Source: Thermoanaerobaculia bacterium
GTDB taxonomy: Bacteria > Acidobacteriota > Thermoanaerobaculia > Multivoradales > J023
NCBI GenBank assembly: GCA_036397835.1
Contig: DASWIG010000794.1
Coordinates: 9,698 to 73,697, forward strand
Direction: 5' to 3'
Length of the DNA stretch: 64,000 nucleotides
Each line of letters starts with the position of its first letter. Position 1 is the first letter of the stretch. A program made the position numbers and the translations under genes. This document shows positions 63,524-64,000 of the stretch, in pieces. The notes under the pieces were generated by a model, which had not been told where the DNA came from, searched no databases, and was given only the letters and a program-made list of their open reading frames with translations.

Positions 63524-64000
63524 ATGGCATCCGTCTTCACCGATTACGTCCGTTCGCTCGACGCCGGAGGGGAGCCGCCCGCCGCCGAAGACTTCGATCG
63601 GCTCTGGGAGGAGCTGCGCAAGCTGCTGACCAGGGAGCTCAAGCGGCGCCACCTGTGGACGAGCCCGCCGAGCTATCTCGGGATCTACGGCTGGCAAAGC
63701 TGGACCGAGGGCCCCGACGCCGGAGCGCTCGAGGACCTCGCCAGCGACTGCTACGTCTTCGTCTTCCTCGACCGCCTGCGCAGCCTCAGGGGCCAGGCCG
63801 CGGCCAAGCCCGACGTCGAGGGCCTCGTCGCCCTGCACGTGCGCAACTTCCTCCACACCGTCCAGAAGAAGCAGGACCCGCTGGGCTACAAGGTCTTCGA
63901 CCTGCTGCGCTCCGCTCTCCGGCGGCTGCTCGACGCGGGCACCCTCCACGTGCTCGGCGGAGCGGAGAACGTCCGCAACGACACGATCTTCGGATTCACC
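63524..64000 (+). CDS. Hypothetical protein, 5' partial view (159 codons, runs off the right edge); faint sigma-70 region-2-like pattern
   Basis: Own translation: MASVFTDYVRSLDAGGEPPAAEDFDRLWEELRKLL..DLASDCYVFVFLDRLRSLRG..LHVRNFLHTVQKKQDPLGY.. It is open to nt 64000 with high G/C3. It is not in the ORF track because there is no stop. Confidence 0.5.
   Translation, partial: MASVFTDYVRSLDAGGEPPAAEDFDRLWEELRKLLTRELKRRHLWTSPPSYLGIYGWQSWTEGPDAGALEDLASDCYVFVFLDRLRSLRGQAAAKPDVEGLVALHVRNFLHTVQKKQDPLGYKVFDLLRSALRRLLDAGTLHVLGGAENVRNDTIFGFT

Noticed and set aside
63425-63949. 5' extension of the GH5 ORF (602-aa track ORF)
   Set aside because: The signal peptide starts at the internal ATG 63424. The extension is antisense to the plus-strand partial gene starting at 63524.

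Overview
This is a high-GC bacterial chromosomal window, roughly 65-70% GC in most genes by eye (not computed). An ADOP-type duplicated FtsX permease hints at an Acidobacteriota-like host, but that is inference only.

About 70% of the window is one hybrid PKS/NRPS lipopeptide assembly line on the minus strand:
- FAAL-ACP-KS (51158-54775).
- A 7.3 kb block of mixed-orientation genes that splits the PKS module: OmpW-like porin, ADOP permease, SDR, a RiPP-type B12/radical-SAM gene and an untracked 55-aa membrane ORF.
- AT-DH(His->Gln)-ACP (41297-43840).
- NRPS C-(A remnant)-T-Cy-A(Cys-type)-T-Ox (35029-41277).
- A four-module NRPS ending in a lone C domain (20549-35032).
- A three-module NRPS-TE that begins with half a C domain (10584-20525).

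With almost no gaps, this line is followed by a PDZ membrane protein, a secreted His/Met-rich protein, a MerB-family homologue and an EntS-like MFS exporter.

The left flank holds an operon: SAM methyltransferase -> fused HgcA/HgcB-like corrinoid-ferredoxin membrane protein -> 68-aa ORF -> radical SAM. The radical SAM gene is edge-truncated and absent from the supplied ORF track. A visibly lower-GC B12-radical-SAM gene sits next to this operon.

The right flank holds an amidohydrolase, an aminotransferase, two methyltransferases, a MerT-like transporter, a GH5 hydrolase and a partial ORF. The MerT-like gene is followed by a secreted thioredoxin-fold ORF that is full length only if the in-frame UGA at 61046, which has a downstream hairpin, is read as selenocysteine.

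I recognised no rRNA, tRNA, CRISPR array or IS element. All domain coordinates are approximate (+/- ~60 nt) and were read by hand.
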